51,617 bases of DNA, from NCBI GenBank assembly GCA_027485485.1, contig JAIXQY010000219.1, forward strand, positions 1-51,617. The letters are read 5' to 3'. Below are positions 50,936 to 51,617 of this stretch, piece after piece (within the stretch, counting starts at the first letter, position 1; the number at the start of each line of letters is the position of its first letter). The position numbers and the translations under genes are program-made. The notes under the pieces were generated by a model that did no database searches, had not been told where the DNA came from, and worked only from the letters and a program-made list of their open reading frames with translations. This stretch comes from Sphingomonadales bacterium (GTDB taxonomy: Bacteria > Pseudomonadota > Alphaproteobacteria > Sphingomonadales > Sphingomonadaceae).

Positions 50936-51412
50936 ATGGCGATGAGCGTTGGAAATGACAAAAGCGATGATAATGCGCCGATGAACGAGATCAACACGAC
51001 GCCGCTGGTCGACGTCATGCTGGTTCTCCTGATCATCTTCCTGATCACCGTTCCCGTTGTCATCCAGACCGTGCCGCTCACCCTGCCGACGGTGAACAAT
51101 CTGCCCACCACCACCAAGCCGGAAAACGTGCTGATCTCGGTGGATGGCAATTGTGATGCCTATTGGGGCCAGACCATGGTTCCGACGAAGCAGGAACTGC
51201 TCGACCGCGGTGTCGATGCACTGAAGAAGGAAATTGCCCGCCAGGAAGCCCTGGGTGGCAAGATCGAACTTCCCGAAGTGCATATCCGCGGTGACAAGGA
51301 CGTGGCCTATCGTTGCATTGGTGGGGTTGTCTTCACCATGCAGCGGGCCGGGTTCCTCAAGGTCGGCTTCATTTCCGAGCCGGCTGCGGGCAGCGTGACG
51401 CGCGATTTTTGA
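50936..51412 (+). CDS. exbD: Biopolymer transport protein ExbD/TolR
   Basis: EINTTPLVDVMLVLLIIF and IRGD. Confidence 0.92.
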   Translation: MAMSVGNDKSDDNAPMNEINTTPLVDVMLVLLIIFLITVPVVIQTVPLTLPTVNNLPTTTKPENVLISVDGNCDAYWGQTMVPTKQELLDRGVDALKKEIARQEALGGKIELPEVHIRGDKDVAYRCIGGVVFTMQRAGFLKVGFISEPAAGSVTRDF

Positions 51413-51468
51413 TGTGATCCCGGCAGCCGGCCCCAGGCTGGCTGCCGCGTAAAACAGGAGTATGCCCA

Positions 51469-51617
51469 ATGGGCATGTCAGTTGGTGGGGGCGGCGACGA
51501 GAACGCCCCGATGGGTGAAATGAACACGACGCCGTTGATCGACGTCATGCTCGTTCTGCTCATCATGTTCATCATCACGATCCCGGTGCAGACCCACGCT
51601 GTGAAGCTGGATCTGCC
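51469..51617 (+). CDS. exbD: Second ExbD/TolR protein (3' truncated by window)
   Basis: MGMSVGGGGDENAPMGEMNTTPLIDVMLVLLIMFIITIP, preceded by AGGAG. Confidence 0.9.
   Translation, partial: MGMSVGGGGDENAPMGEMNTTPLIDVMLVLLIMFIITIPVQTHAVKLDL

Overview
GC-rich alphaproteobacterial chromosome segment, Sphingomonadales-like by gene content (inference). It is mostly housekeeping: ligA (5' truncated), prmA, hisZ, serA and serC with a serC-leader RNA, pheA, rsmD, an rluB-like gene, ppx-rlmE, aguAB, udg, folK, folB, gdhA, acetolactate synthase, moaDE, pgsA, uvrC, tonB-exbB-exbD-exbD, a TonB-dependent receptor, fadH and three tRNAs (Leu-CAA, Gln-CTG, Lys-TTT). Accessory items are a Tat-exported class A beta-lactamase, a vapBC module, several palindromic intergenic repeats and three TIR-domain genes. 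The most interesting locus is about 10.3-14.0 kb. A TIR-transmembrane-TPR receptor-like gene is followed by two AT-rich, 169-aa, beta-rich paralogs ending in LDPPIxNR. An orphan in-frame copy of the receptor's last 37 codons lies between them, and both paralogs are followed by the same ~90-bp segment, giving a tandem cassette array. A second locus (36.7-40.3 kb) has two TIR-TolB-like-TPR genes with near-identical TIR domains and divergent C-termini; one apparently starts at CTG. No integrase, transposase or CRISPR array was seen. All identity counts are manual and no database searches were run.
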